Shown in pieces: positions 63,449-64,000 of a stretch of 64,000 nt of DNA. Under the pieces are notes generated by a model, which saw only the letters and a list, made by a program, of their open reading frames with translations, ran no database searches and was not told the DNA's origin. Position 1 is the stretch's first letter. Each line of letters begins with the position of its first letter. The stretch lies in NCBI GenBank assembly GCA_030390025.1, contig CM059432.1, forward strand, positions 19,780,001 through 19,844,000, given 5' to 3'. The translations under genes were made by a program, and so were the position numbers. Origin of the DNA: Squalus acanthias. Taxonomy: Eukaryota.

Positions 63449-64000
63449 GTCGTATGTCAATTTAGGCACACCAATTGACATCACGATCTGCACATTTACA
63501 TGGGAGAGGCGAGCGCAGGCAGCGGCAGCGCTGCTGACCTCTCCAAAATGGCGGCCGCCGTGTCCTGCGCCAGAAGAGGGTGGAAGTGAGGCGGCCACCA
63601 TTTTTTCAACAAAACCGGCCTTAAAGGCTGGTGCTCTCCAAATTCGCAGCCATTCTCTTTTTAATCTCTGATATAGAAAAAGGCTGACATATTTATGAAT
63701 ATATTGATTTATAATGAAAAATACAAATTTAAAAATAAATTAGCTAAATTAATACGGCAATATTAACGGGTGGGTGGATTTGTATTGATTGTTGAGTGTT
63801 TACTGTACACATACCGCAATGCAATGGGAAGAAGGAATGCAATACGACCTTTCAACGTACAGCACTGCCACTGAAAGCAACCTCAGCACAAACAGGACTG
63901 CTGTTCGGTAGAAGAAATGGCTCCAGGGTCTCAGAAGGAGCAGGGAAACAGCTGGCTTTTCAGAGCTTCTTTGGAGCCAGCTGTGCCTAATTGTATATCA

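Larger units (their letters stand above)
54463..63651. mobile_element. Harbinger element of the same family in opposite orientation, split by ~6.9 kb of nested insertions
   Basis: 54900-55370 and 62310-63200 are reverse-complement homologs of parts of 52560-53660; Myb remnant RTWLKCPKRF on +. Confidence 0.65.

Noticed and set aside
39630..64000. Upstream SNARE-motif exon of the TSNARE1-like gene
   Set aside because: Looked for by eye at candidate - strand donors but not found; it may lie beyond the window

Overview
Eukaryotic, repeat-saturated DNA, most likely from a cartilaginous fish (shark or ray). That call rests on HE1-like V-SINEs that share their 3' tail with HER1-like CR1 LINEs, together with Penelope-like, RTE, L2 and PIF/Harbinger elements. 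Only one host exon is recognisable: 39512-39629 (-), encoding the C-terminal transmembrane anchor of a syntaxin-family protein most like TSNARE1. Much of the window is therefore probably TSNARE1 intron or downstream DNA. The most striking structure is a young 6.2-kb Penelope-like insertion (2174-8347): two RT/GIY-YIG copies in inverted orientation with ~2.9-kb arms, one target-site duplication (TSD), complementary defects, and three minimal hammerhead ribozymes. A second Penelope-like family has left several short hammerhead-bearing insertions. There are also two four-level nested transposon stacks, many Harbinger elements and MITEs (several with Myb/SANT-like ORFs), and a solo LTR. Most short ORFs in the supplied track are alternative frames of repeats. 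All family assignments come from motif recognition by eye, not database searches. Boundaries of degraded repeats are approximate.
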